DNA of 64,000 nt from the NCBI GenBank assembly GCA_016187025.1, contig JACPKM010000001.1, positions 107,188 through 171,187 of the forward strand, written 5' to 3'. Source of the DNA: Candidatus Daviesbacteria bacterium. GTDB lineage: Bacteria > Patescibacteriota > Microgenomatia > Daviesbacterales > UBA10151. Below the pieces are notes generated by a model. The model saw only the letters and a program-made list of their open reading frames with translations. It had not been told where the DNA came from and did not search any database. The stretch's first letter is position 1; every line of letters starts with the position of its first letter. The translations under genes and the position numbers were made by a program. Positions 46,872-56,245 of this stretch are shown here, piece by piece.

Positions 46872-47426
46872 ATGCATAATAAACCATTAAAGGCACTATT
46901 CGTTTTTAACGGGATTTTTGTTTTTGCGGGTAGTTTATTGGGCCCTCTTTATGCATTATACATCGGAACATTCGATAAGAACGTTCTGTCCGTTAGTATA
47001 ACATGGGCTGCTTTTTTAGTTGCGACCTTTGTTTTTACTCTGATAATCTCAAAAGTTGGCGATAAAATAAAAGAAAAAGAATACCTGTTAATGGCTGGAT
47101 TTCTTGTAAGAGCAATTGCTTGGTTTATGTTTATTTTTGCGGGCAATGTTTTCCATTTTATTTTCCTACAAATACTATTAGGGCTGGGTGAAGCTTTGGG
47201 AACTCCTACATTTGCTGCAATATTTGCCGAACATTTAGATGGAGGTAAACACATCGAAGAATATGCGGACTGGAAGTTGATATTAAATGGGACAACAGCA
47301 GTTGGGACTATACTGGGCGGATTAGTTGTTACCACTTTAGGATTCAGTTGGTTATTTGCGATGATGGGTATGTTAGCGGTAGTGTCTTTTTTTGGTGTTT
47401 TGATACAACCAAGAAAATTGTTATAG
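46872..47426 (+). CDS. Half-size MFS-like membrane protein
   Basis: About six TM segments with MFS-like motifs. Confidence 0.75.
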   Translation: MHNKPLKALFVFNGIFVFAGSLLGPLYALYIGTFDKNVLSVSITWAAFLVATFVFTLIISKVGDKIKEKEYLLMAGFLVRAIAWFMFIFAGNVFHFIFLQILLGLGEALGTPTFAAIFAEHLDGGKHIEEYADWKLILNGTTAVGTILGGLVVTTLGFSWLFAMMGMLAVVSFFGVLIQPRKLL

Positions 47427-47631
47427 TTATTAAGAATTTGCCGTCAAAGAAAAACTTGTGGTTCGACAGGCCCAGAGAGTTCCGTTCGGATATTTTCAAA
47501 CAGACACCACAGGAATTAATACAGTCCTAAATATGAACAACGTTTATTTTAGACAAGCTTCTGCTTTTTTAAAATTATCAAGGTACTATACTATAATAAC
47601 TTTGTTATACTAGTCTAGTACCGCTTGATTT

Positions 47632-48129
47632 ATGGAAACGAGCACAGAGTCTACAAGTCCAGAAAAAGCAAGGAGACCAATTGCTTTGGCTATACATGGT
47701 ACTTCAAGCAGGCGAGCAGAACAGTTGATCGAGGAGGGTTTTGACCCAAAGAAGAGTACTAATCTTGCCGGGCGTATGGAAGCTTTTTACTACAGATTTC
47801 ATCCCAAAACTATCCCCCCTGAACCATACATAGAGAGTTCCTGGGAAAGAGCTTCTCTCGCTGTTGATAAAGACAGAGCGACGGGTGTGGATTCAAAGCC
47901 AGTTCTTATCGTATTTGAACCACCACCAGCTATATCGATTCTTGGGAGAGTGATTATGAAAAATCCTTTTTCTAAAACACCTCAGGAGGGAAGCTTCAGG
48001 AAGCGATATAGAGCAAGAATCCTAGCAGTTATTCCACTACCTCACCTTGGTTCTGAACAATTCAAAAGACCGGAAGAACGGGCGAGGGTTATTAGCGACT
48101 TACAAAACAGAATTTTAGCTCATAAGTAG
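47632..48129 (+). CDS. Hypothetical protein with ART-like HGT motif
   Basis: AIHGTSSRRAEQLIEEGFDP. Confidence 0.6.
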   Translation: METSTESTSPEKARRPIALAIHGTSSRRAEQLIEEGFDPKKSTNLAGRMEAFYYRFHPKTIPPEPYIESSWERASLAVDKDRATGVDSKPVLIVFEPPPAISILGRVIMKNPFSKTPQEGSFRKRYRARILAVIPLPHLGSEQFKRPEERARVISDLQNRILAHK

Positions 48130-48131
48130 AT

Positions 48132-48701
48132 TTATTTACCCAGTGTAATCTTTAATAGGTATTCCCTGTTGCCTTTTCCACCAGAACCCAAAACTGGAGA
48201 TTCCATTTCACCTTCCATTTTAAATCCTAAACCTTGGATTTTTTTGACTACTTCATCCTTAATTTTTTCCACCAGTTCAGGCTTAACCACACCTTTTACC
48301 AAATTATTTTTCTCAGTTTCATAATGAGGTTTTAGCAAAGCTATAATTAATCCATTGGGTTTTAAAAATGTTTTAATAATCGGCAAGACCAGTTCCAGTT
48401 TTGTCCAACTAGCATCAATAGTGATCAGGTCCACGACCTCTGGTAAACTTTCCAAGTAAAGGATATTTGTTCTTTCCATCACCACCACCCTAGGATCATT
48501 TCTTAATTTCCAGGCCAGCTCTCCGTATGCTGTATCAAGTGCATAAACTTTGGCTGCCCCATTTTGCAATAAACAATCTACAAATCCGCCGGTTGAGGAG
48601 CCAACATCCAAAGCTACGCAATTTCCAATTCTCAATTTCCAATTTTCAATTGCGGCTTGTAGCTTATCTCCACCTCTGGATACGAATTTATCGCTGGCCA
48701 T
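48132..48701 (-). CDS. tlyA: TlyA/FtsJ-like rRNA methyltransferase (no S4 domain)
   Basis: FVSRGGDKL, LDVGSSTGGF, KPHYE and GNREY motifs. Confidence 0.88.
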   Translation of the reverse strand: MASDKFVSRGGDKLQAAIENWKLRIGNCVALDVGSSTGGFVDCLLQNGAAKVYALDTAYGELAWKLRNDPRVVVMERTNILYLESLPEVVDLITIDASWTKLELVLPIIKTFLKPNGLIIALLKPHYETEKNNLVKGVVKPELVEKIKDEVVKKIQGLGFKMEGEMESPVLGSGGKGNREYLLKITLGK

Positions 48702-49095
48702 ACATCTTTAGGGCTTTTTTAAAAAGTTCTTTATCCTGAGAAAAAGAAAGCTTCTTTAAAGCATCTTCAGATTCAAACCAACCAATATCCGACACTTCCC
48801 AGTCATGATCCGCAATATCACCACTTTGATATTTCATTAAAAAATAGGTGACAACTTTAAATATTTTTTCTCCATTAAGAGTATATACATATTTTGAATA
48901 TCCTACTTTATCAACTATTTCAGTTATAACCCCACCTTCTTCCCTCACTTCTCTTAAAGCTGCCTCCTTGCTTGGCTCACCCTGATCAATCCAGCCCTTG
49001 GGGAAACTCCAGTGCTTGTTTTGGGAATGTTGAGTCACCAGCACCTGGCCTTTATCATTAAAAACTATTCCACCAGCACTAAATTCCCTTTTCAT
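48688..49095 (-). CDS. NUDIX hydrolase
   Basis: Nudix box GWIDQGEPSKEAALREVREEGG. Confidence 0.92.
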   Translation of the reverse strand: MKREFSAGGIVFNDKGQVLVTQHSQNKHWSFPKGWIDQGEPSKEAALREVREEGGVITEIVDKVGYSKYVYTLNGEKIFKVVTYFLMKYQSGDIADHDWEVSDIGWFESEDALKKLSFSQDKELFKKALKMYGQR

Positions 49096-49364
49096 CGGCG
49101 ATAAATATCCTTCCTATGACCAATATCTAAAATCATAATTATATTCGCTTCTGCTTCTTCAACCATATCAAAAACCACCCTGTAATTGCCTATGCGAAAA
49201 CGGTAGGTGCCGATCTTGAGATTAGTTAAAGGTTCTGCATATAAAAGAGGATCTGAGGATTGTACAAAAAATTCTAATTTGTGAATTATTCTGATTTGGA
49301 TATTTTTAGGTAGTTTAGATAATTTTTTATCTGCTGTTGCTTTAAACCTAACCTTAAACATCAA
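49092..49364 (-). CDS. RelE/ParE toxin
   Basis: YRFRIGNYRVVF..IGHRKDIYR. Confidence 0.9.
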   Translation of the reverse strand: MMFKVRFKATADKKLSKLPKNIQIRIIHKLEFFVQSSDPLLYAEPLTNLKIGTYRFRIGNYRVVFDMVEEAEANIIMILDIGHRKDIYRR

Positions 49365-49639
49365 AGACCAAGTCTTTCCTTAACTTCCTCCATGCCATAA
49401 GTAACCTTATCAGCTCTTGATTTGGCTATTCTTTTAAGATAACTTTCAGAAGCAAGCGCTTCTAAATCCTCTAAAAATGATTCCCAAACACGATTAGGCA
49501 CAAGTACCCCCACAGGCTCATTATTCCGCATCACCCTGACAAATTTACCGTCTTTTTCAGCTTTTTTTAAAATCTTGGTGACACCGGCTTGAACCTTTTG
49601 TACGCTGGCGAAGTCTTCATTAGCAATTAATTGTGTCAT
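49361..49639 (-). CDS. Phd/YefM-like antitoxin
   Basis: VMRNNEPVGVLV..WESFLEDLE; ATG at 49639 (the track start overlaps a tRNA). Confidence 0.8.
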   Translation of the reverse strand: MTQLIANEDFASVQKVQAGVTKILKKAEKDGKFVRVMRNNEPVGVLVPNRVWESFLEDLEALASESYLKRIAKSRADKVTYGMEEVKERLGL

Positions 49640-49675
49640 ATAATAATTATTACACAATCCTAACAGGCTGTCAAG

Positions 49676-49747
49676 CACCCTCGGCGGGAATCGAACCCAC
49701 ATATCAGGATCCGGAATCCTGTGGTCTATCCGTTAGCCTACAAGGGC
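49676..49747 (-). tRNA. tRNA-Arg(CCG)
   Basis: Anticodon arm CAGGA-TTCCGGA-TCCTG; T-loop GGTTCGATTCC. Confidence 0.93.
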
Positions 49748-49869
49748 ATAAAGGTATTCTAAACTAAGTATTAGCTTTAAACAAATACAAGATTTAAAAC
49801 CTTGGAATCCCAAAGGTGGGACTTGCAAAAAGATCCACAAAGTGGTATTACTATAAAATAGGTATTACT

Positions 49870-50163
49870 ATGCAGACGCAACCTACTACCATTACCCAAA
49901 AAGGGCAAGTTACAATTCCTGCTCCTATTAGACGGGCTCTAGGACTAAACAAAGGTGATCAGGTTAAATTTACCATCACCAAGAAAAAGATAGTTCAATT
50001 AAAACCAGCTAAAAAATTCTCCATTATGTCCCTTTATGGCTCGCTAAAACCAAGGGTCAGACCAAACCTTTCCGGGCAAGACTTAATTAAATGGGAGAAG
50101 CAAGCCTGGCCGGAGGCATCTGCTGAAAAAGACCGCAAGATTTTGGAATCAGCAAAGAGATGA
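49870..50163 (+). CDS. AbrB/MazE-type antitoxin
   Basis: ITQKGQVTIPAPIRRALGLNKGD. Confidence 0.9.
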   Translation: MQTQPTTITQKGQVTIPAPIRRALGLNKGDQVKFTITKKKIVQLKPAKKFSIMSLYGSLKPRVRPNLSGQDLIKWEKQAWPEASAEKDRKILESAKR

Positions 50164-50561
50164 TTCTAGTAGATACAAATATTATTCTGCGTCTTATCTT
50201 GAACGATAGTCCTATTTTATCCCCTAAAGCGCGAATAATCTTTGACAAAATTACTAAGAATAAGGCTAAAATTTTTATTAGTTTACTAACGATTTCTGAA
50301 ACAATCTTCACACTGGAAAGGTCTTATAAAATCCCCAAGGTCGAAATTGTTAAAAGTTTATCCCAAATATTTAAATTAACCAACCTGACAGTAGAAAAAC
50401 AAACATTAGTAGAACGAACATTTGCCTATTACATAGAAAAAAATATTAGTTTTCCAGATGCATATCACGTTGCCCTAATGCAGAAGAAAAAGATTAAACA
50501 AATTTATTCTTTTGATGAAGATTTTGATAAATTTCCCCAGATTCAAAGATTGGAAATTTGA
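50160..50561 (+). CDS. vapC: PIN-domain VapC toxin
   Basis: LVDTNI, SE, DA and SFDEDFD motifs. Confidence 0.9.
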   Translation: MILVDTNIILRLILNDSPILSPKARIIFDKITKNKAKIFISLLTISETIFTLERSYKIPKVEIVKSLSQIFKLTNLTVEKQTLVERTFAYYIEKNISFPDAYHVALMQKKKIKQIYSFDEDFDKFPQIQRLEI

Positions 50562-50572
50562 ATTCCGAATTT

Positions 50573-50663
50573 TGGCGGAGGAGGTGAGATTCGAACTCAC
50601 GGTAGCCTTACGGCCACAGCCGCTTTCGAGGCGGCCCCGTTACAACCACTTCGGTACTCCTCC
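50573..50663 (-). tRNA. tRNA-Ser(CGA)
   Basis: Arm GCCGC-CTCGAAA-GCGGC, long variable arm, CCA encoded. Confidence 0.95.
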
Positions 50664-50668
50664 AAATG

Positions 50669-50741
50669 CGCGCCTGGAGGGATTCGAACCCCCGACCTCA
50701 ACGTCCGCAACGTCGCGCTCTATCCCCTGAGCTACAAGCGC
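50669..50741 (-). tRNA. tRNA-Arg(GCG)
   Basis: Arm CGACG-TTGCGGA-CGTTG. Confidence 0.9.
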
Positions 50742-50791
50742 ATTCAGGCTAAATTTTACCTTAAAGAGAAGTTAAAAACCACTTAAGAAAG

Positions 50792-51391
50792 TTAGCGGGG
50801 GATATTTTCCAGAGGAAAATGTTTTTGCAGTCCTTCTACCCATTTATCAAAAAGAGTTTTATGAGGTATCTCGTGGTACGGTAAAAACCTGGCAATTATC
50901 CTTTTTACCTCTTCTTCGCTAACATCTTGACCCAAAACCAACATTAGCTGAGCCGGAAATCTTAAAGCTGTTTGGATGATTAATATATCACTGCCTTCTT
51001 TCTTCTTAAACCAGAATGAGTCAAGGTAGTGCCAAAAATAGAAATCTTCTCCAATCACTATACCCTGGGTAGATACTCTATAAACTACATTATTGGGTGG
51101 AACCAGAGCCAGCACATAACTTACAAACATTAAAGACAAAAGCACCCCGATGAGTAAAAACTCTTTCATCAAAAGGACAATAAGGATAAACAGAACTACA
51201 ATTGTGGCAATGGTTGTAAAATATGATCTATCTCTTTTTCTAAAAGGCCTTGAGGGTGCTTCCCAGGAAAGCAATGTTTTAATCTCTCCCGCTTCTGACA
51301 TTTTAGGGTGAAAATACCCATCTTCAAGATGTTCTGGTAGCAGCTTTTCCTCTTTTTGCAGTTCTTGGGTTAGTTTTTGATCCTCAGGCAT
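50792..51391 (-). CDS. Conserved two-TM protein with PH-like C-terminus
   Basis: LSWEAPSRPF, TM pair, YFWHYLDSFW. Confidence 0.7.
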   Translation of the reverse strand: MPEDQKLTQELQKEEKLLPEHLEDGYFHPKMSEAGEIKTLLSWEAPSRPFRKRDRSYFTTIATIVVLFILIVLLMKEFLLIGVLLSLMFVSYVLALVPPNNVVYRVSTQGIVIGEDFYFWHYLDSFWFKKKEGSDILIIQTALRFPAQLMLVLGQDVSEEEVKRIIARFLPYHEIPHKTLFDKWVEGLQKHFPLENIPR

Positions 51392-51463
51392 TACTTTTAA
51401 GTTTAAACTTAAAAACAGGTAGTGTAAAGACGCAGGCTAAAAATATTATGATATTATTTAGCT

Positions 51464-52312
51464 GTGAAACATAACTTTTCTGCCAAAGACCGTAATGATA
51501 TAAATTATCAGGAAATTAAAACTTGGCAAAAAATACTCCAGCTTCAAAAGCTTTGTGATCTATCGACTCCTCCTAAAAATCTGTATTTTCAAGGCAGATG
51601 GAACCCAAATATCTTTGAAAATTGTGTAGCTATTGTTGGCAGCCGGAAAATGACAGATTATGGGCAGCAGACTATAGAAAAAATTATTCCCCAGCTTATC
51701 CAGCAGGGAAAAACCGTTGTTTCCGGTTTTATGTATGGGGTTGATAAGTATGCCCACAAAATATGCATTGATAGCGGAGGCACCACTATTGCTGTTTTAG
51801 GATGGGGAATAAATAAAAAATTAGATGGGGAAGATTCGAGGTTGGCAAATAAGATTATAAATGGTGGCGGAATCCTGCTTTCTGAATGGGAATCCCAACA
51901 GCCAACTCATTGGACTTTCCCGGCAAGAAACCGGATCGTGGCAGCTTTGGCACAAGAAGTGATTGTTGTCGAAGCAGTAGAGAAAAGTGGTTCTCTAATT
52001 ACAGCCAGAATTGCAAGCAGGCTTAAAAGGACACTCTGGGCAGTTCCCGGACCAATTACCAGCCGGACTTCAGTAGGGACAAATAATTTGATCGCATCTG
52101 GCAAAGCTAAGGTTTGGTTGGGAACGTTCCAAACTCACCCTGAGCAAAGCAACGACCCTATCTTACAGATTCTTGAAATGCAGGCTTTAACCGCTGATGA
52201 GCTTGCCAGAAAACTAGACTTACCCATCTCGGATGTGGGAGCAAAACTTTCAATGTTTCTACTATCTGGTCAAGTTACAGAAAAAGGCGGAAAATATTAT
52301 CATGCTAGTTAA
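51464..52312 (+). CDS. dprA: DNA-processing protein DprA
   Basis: VAIVGSR, VSGFMYGVD, FPARNRIVAAL and SGSLITA motifs. Confidence 0.95.
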   Translation: MKHNFSAKDRNDINYQEIKTWQKILQLQKLCDLSTPPKNLYFQGRWNPNIFENCVAIVGSRKMTDYGQQTIEKIIPQLIQQGKTVVSGFMYGVDKYAHKICIDSGGTTIAVLGWGINKKLDGEDSRLANKIINGGGILLSEWESQQPTHWTFPARNRIVAALAQEVIVVEAVEKSGSLITARIASRLKRTLWAVPGPITSRTSVGTNNLIASGKAKVWLGTFQTHPEQSNDPILQILEMQALTADELARKLDLPISDVGAKLSMFLLSGQVTEKGGKYYHAS

Positions 52313-53849
52313 AATCCGCTCAATTGCCAATATTGGCCTTGAAACCGTACCTGTGGACGTAGAAGTCGATGTAGCCTCGGCTGGGTTTCCGGGATTTACA
52401 ATTGTAGGTTTGGCAAGTAAGGCAGTTGAAGAAGCACGCGAAAGAGTAAAAACAGCAATTATTAACTCAAAACTGGATTTTCCTCCCAAAAAAATCACTG
52501 TTAACCTTGCACCTGCTGACCTTCCCAAAGATGGTGCAGCTTATGATTTACCCATTGCTGTAGGAGTCCTTCTGGCTAGCGGACAGCTAAACTTATCTGA
52601 TGGTTTTGACTCAAAAACATTTTTTTATGGGGAATTATCACTTGACGGAGCACTCCGGCAGACCCGCGGAATTTTGCTTTTAGCGCTTTTTGCCCAGAGA
52701 GTTGATCCCGAATCTACCATCTTTGTCCCACAGCGTTGCGCTCCTGAGGCCAGTGTAGTAAGCGGGATTAAAGTAATGGCGCTAACTTCTCTGTCTCAAC
52801 TGGTTAAACACCTATCTACCCAAGAAAAAATAATGCCATTACAAGCCTCAATACCTCAAGACAATTTTGATTCTCCAGTTGTGGAATTTGACCTTGCGGA
52901 GATTGCCGGCCAGGAACAGGCAAAAAGGGCCTTAATAATTGCTGCAGCTGGCGGCCATAATCTGCTAATGTGGGGGCCTCCTGGTACTGGTAAAACAATG
53001 TTGTCACGGGCCTTACCAGGTATTTTACCTTCATTAACACTTGCTGAAGCATTGGAGGTAACCAGGATATATTCAGTATCTGGCCTTCTGGCATCGGGCC
53101 AAGCTTTGATTTTCACACGGCCATTCAGATCCCCTCATCATGGAATTTCAAATGCAGGAATGGTAGGAGGTGGCAGCAACCCTTTACCCGGTGAGGTCAG
53201 TTTGGCTCATTTAGGGGTGTTGTTTTTGGATGAAATGCCGGAATTTCCAAGGAGCATAATCGAAAGCTTAAGACAACCTATGGAGGATGGAACAGTAGAA
53301 ATTGTGCGGGCTGCCGGGCATGTCAAATACCCTGCCAGCTTTACCCTCATTGCTGCTATAAATCCATGTCCTTGTGGGTACTTGGGTCATCCAAAAAGGG
53401 AGTGTAAATGCTCTGATAAGCAGATTACCAAATACAGGCAACGTATTTCAGGTCCTATTTTGGATAGAATCGACCTTTTTGCTCCGGTTAGCGCCATAGA
53501 GACAGAGAAGTTGTCGGTTACCTCCCAAAACATTACCAATAGAATCTCTTCTAAAGAAGCCAGGATACAGGTAGCTAAAACGCGCCGGATTCAAAAGAAG
53601 CGGTTCCAGGATGAAAAGCGCAGTCTGTATACTAACTCCCAAATGCACAACCGCGATGTGAAGAAATATTGTTTTTTAACACCTGAGGCAGAAAACCTTT
53701 TAAAACTAGCTGCTGATAAATTTTACTTTTCTGCCCGCAGCTATTTCCGTCTTATCAAAGTAGCAAGAACAATTGCAGACCTGGCAGAATGCAAACAAAT
53801 CCTACCTGCCCACATGGCAGAAGCTCTTCAATACAGGCAAACAATATGA
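52302..53849 (+). CDS. comM: YifB/ComM Mg-chelatase-like AAA+ helicase
   Basis: NLAPADLPK, GPPGTGKT, LAHLGVLFLDE and NPCPCG motifs. Confidence 0.95.
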   Translation: MLVKIRSIANIGLETVPVDVEVDVASAGFPGFTIVGLASKAVEEARERVKTAIINSKLDFPPKKITVNLAPADLPKDGAAYDLPIAVGVLLASGQLNLSDGFDSKTFFYGELSLDGALRQTRGILLLALFAQRVDPESTIFVPQRCAPEASVVSGIKVMALTSLSQLVKHLSTQEKIMPLQASIPQDNFDSPVVEFDLAEIAGQEQAKRALIIAAAGGHNLLMWGPPGTGKTMLSRALPGILPSLTLAEALEVTRIYSVSGLLASGQALIFTRPFRSPHHGISNAGMVGGGSNPLPGEVSLAHLGVLFLDEMPEFPRSIIESLRQPMEDGTVEIVRAAGHVKYPASFTLIAAINPCPCGYLGHPKRECKCSDKQITKYRQRISGPILDRIDLFAPVSAIETEKLSVTSQNITNRISSKEARIQVAKTRRIQKKRFQDEKRSLYTNSQMHNRDVKKYCFLTPEAENLLKLAADKFYFSARSYFRLIKVARTIADLAECKQILPAHMAEALQYRQTI

Positions 53850-54202
53850 CCAGAGACACCAGGCAAACGGGGATCTTGGCAGAAACTCTAGCTACTAAAG
53901 CCTTAATAGAAAAAGGCTTCCGGATTCTGGAAAATAACTTCAGCAACCGCTTTGGAGAGATTGACATTATTGCCAAGGATAAGGGTATTTTAGTGTTTGT
54001 GGAGGTCAAGGCTAAAAAGGGGTTGGAATTTGGAACCCCTGAGGAAATGATTACTCCTTCCAAACTAAAAAGGGTTAAAAACATGGCCACAGTTTATATG
54101 AAAGGACAAATAGTGCCCTGCAGAATTGATGTGATAACGGTTATTTTATCTTCACAAGGCAAGCTCATCCGCCTAACACACTATGAAAATGTTTACATAT
54201 AA
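53846..54202 (+). CDS. yraN: YraN-family nuclease
   Basis: GEIDII..LVFVEVK..RIDV. Confidence 0.92.
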   Translation: MTRDTRQTGILAETLATKALIEKGFRILENNFSNRFGEIDIIAKDKGILVFVEVKAKKGLEFGTPEEMITPSKLKRVKNMATVYMKGQIVPCRIDVITVILSSQGKLIRLTHYENVYI

Positions 54203-54234
54203 ACAAAACTTGAACACACGGTTATGAAAAAGAG

Positions 54235-54321
54235 CGGAGAGGGTGAGATTCGAACTCACGGACCCCTTGCAGGGTCAGCGGTTTTCAAGACCGCCGCACT
54301 AGACCGCTATGCGACCTCTCC
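54235..54321 (-). tRNA. tRNA-Ser(TGA)
   Basis: Arm GCGGT-CTTGAAA-ACCGC, long variable arm. Confidence 0.95.
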
Positions 54322-54363
54322 TTACTTTACACTGAGCTTGTCGTACTGAGCAAAGTCGAAGTG

Positions 54364-54450
54364 CGGAGGAGGTGGGATTCGAACCCACGATACCCTTACG
54401 GGTATAGCGCATTAGCACTGCGCGGCACTCGGCCTCTATGCGACTCCTCC
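54364..54450 (-). tRNA. tRNA-Ser(GCT)
   Basis: Arm GCGCA-GTGCTAA-TGCGC, long variable arm. Confidence 0.92.
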
Positions 54451-55425
54451 CAATATTTTCTTTACCGACGGTTTATAGTTTCTAGTTCCTATCTCCTGCA
54501 AATATCTTCTAACTTCTTGCTGATTATGCAACCATACCCCATATTTAAAAGTCCTTTTAGGATTAAAGCCTACCTGTCTTAATCCCTGATACATAAATTG
54601 CAAGATCGGCTCAGACCTGTTAGAAAAAGCGAGTTTCGGATAAGCATACACTTTATTGTTTACCCTATATTTATGTATGGTAAAACATCCATCAGTATCT
54701 ACCAATCCCCTAATACAAGCTCTTATATACCCTTCTTTAGCCCAAATCCACTTAGGTACCTCAACTTGTGACAGTATTTTATTTCCTAAAGATAAACCTT
54801 TAGAGTTTAGATATTCTACCAAATTAATCCCACCAATACTAACTTGCCATACATGGTCTTTTCTGGATTTATAAATACTTGGTCTAGAATCAAATAATTT
54901 CTCTATTAAGTTCTGAACATACATAGCGAATTCTTGATCTGTGTCACTATTCAAATAAATTACACACTGATAACGAGTCAACCCTCCATCCCCAAGAATA
55001 ATGCCAAATAATTCCGCTAAATCCTCTGATTCTTCAGGAATCTTAAAAATTTTAACATACTTTTTCCAAAGTTCTGGATTTTCCCGTCTTTTGAGCCAGG
55101 ATATCTTACCTCCTTTACTTCTAGATTTTCTATTCCCTAATAAACCATATAGTTCGTAGGTTCTTTTACCACCTAATTTGGCTGCAATTTTGTTATGCCA
55201 AAATTGAGGCAAGGTTTTATAAGCAGGCAAGGGTATTTGAGATAATTTACTGCATTTTACTAAAACTTCTTTCTGTGGATTAAACTTCTCTCTTTTCCAA
55301 TCTCTCAAGGTCCTTCCGGATATTCCTACTAATTCAGCAAGCTGATTTGTATTTAGATTAAGTTTTATTTGAACTTGAGTAATAAAAGCCCTTAATTCAT
55401 CCTCCTTAAATAATAATTTATCCAT
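54436..55425 (-). CDS. Free-standing two-motif LAGLIDADG endonuclease with N-terminal HTH
   Basis: LAELFGIILGDG and CIRGLVDTDG; stop codon inside tRNA-Ser(GCT). Confidence 0.88.
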   Translation of the reverse strand: MDKLLFKEDELRAFITQVQIKLNLNTNQLAELVGISGRTLRDWKREKFNPQKEVLVKCSKLSQIPLPAYKTLPQFWHNKIAAKLGGKRTYELYGLLGNRKSRSKGGKISWLKRRENPELWKKYVKIFKIPEESEDLAELFGIILGDGGLTRYQCVIYLNSDTDQEFAMYVQNLIEKLFDSRPSIYKSRKDHVWQVSIGGINLVEYLNSKGLSLGNKILSQVEVPKWIWAKEGYIRACIRGLVDTDGCFTIHKYRVNNKVYAYPKLAFSNRSEPILQFMYQGLRQVGFNPKRTFKYGVWLHNQQEVRRYLQEIGTRNYKPSVKKILGGVA

Positions 55426-55499
55426 AAATTAACAGTAGCATATCTCCAAAGAGGATACAATAGATCCTTCGCTAATCACTCAGGATGACAAAAAAGCAG

Positions 55500-56198
55500 C
55501 TATCTTGCCAAAGTAATTGCCCAGACTTTTTTGGCACCGGCACTTTTTAAAACATAACAGCATTCTTTTAGGGTTGAGCCTGTGGTCCAGACATCATCAA
55601 TTAATAAAACATTTGTACTGCGTACTAAATAATTAGTACTAAGGGAGAAGGCGTTTTGGATATTTTTCCTTCTATCAAACCTGTTTAGCCTGGTTTGAGA
55701 ACTGGTGTGGCGGACCTTTTTTAAAGCCTCGCAATAATCCAAGCCTAATGTTTGGGACAGTGACTGACTGATTAGTTGTACCTGATTGAATCCTCTAATA
55801 TTTTCCCTATACCAATGCAAAGGCACAGGCACTACTAACCATCCTTTTCCTTTAGTTGTCTTTACCTGGTCCAAAAACATAGGGTTAAACTTGGCCCAAT
55901 ATTCAATTAAAATATAAGCCAAAATATCTGATAATTCTTTTATTCCTTTATATTTTAGAGACTGGATAGCGTTTTTAAGCGGAGCCTTATATATTCCTAA
56001 GCTCCATAATCCATCCAAACCATATTTGCTTTTGCAAACAGGATGCGTTATCCCTCCAACTGAAAACCTGCCGCATTGAGGACAAACTAAATCTGCCTGT
56101 TTAATATTCAAAATACAGCTTGAGCAAAAGTAAGTGTTTGAGGCTTTACAGCTTATACAATGTTTCGGAAAGATGGCATCAAGAATAAACCCAACCAC
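55500..56198 (-). CDS. comF: ComF-family amidophosphoribosyltransferase-like protein
   Basis: CxxC pairs, PVPLH..RGFNQ and LLIDDVWTTGST motifs. Confidence 0.93.
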   Translation of the reverse strand: MVGFILDAIFPKHCISCKASNTYFCSSCILNIKQADLVCPQCGRFSVGGITHPVCKSKYGLDGLWSLGIYKAPLKNAIQSLKYKGIKELSDILAYILIEYWAKFNPMFLDQVKTTKGKGWLVVPVPLHWYRENIRGFNQVQLISQSLSQTLGLDYCEALKKVRHTSSQTRLNRFDRRKNIQNAFSLSTNYLVRSTNVLLIDDVWTTGSTLKECCYVLKSAGAKKVWAITLAR

Positions 56199-56213
56199 CT
56201 GCTCATTTTAAAC

Positions 56214-56242
56214 AAAAAATCCCGGCTAAAAAAGCCGGGATT
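56214..56242 (-). terminator. Intrinsic terminator of ssrA
   Basis: AATCCCGGCT/AGCCGGGATT stem plus T tract on the minus strand. Confidence 0.85.
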
Positions 56243-56245
56243 ATC

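Noticed and set aside
49640-49702. N-terminal extension of the Phd-like ORF
   Set aside because: It overlaps tRNA-Arg(CCG); ATG 49639 is the plausible start.
50512-50730. Short plus-strand ORFs here and at 54361..54582
   Set aside because: They are antisense translations of tRNA genes.
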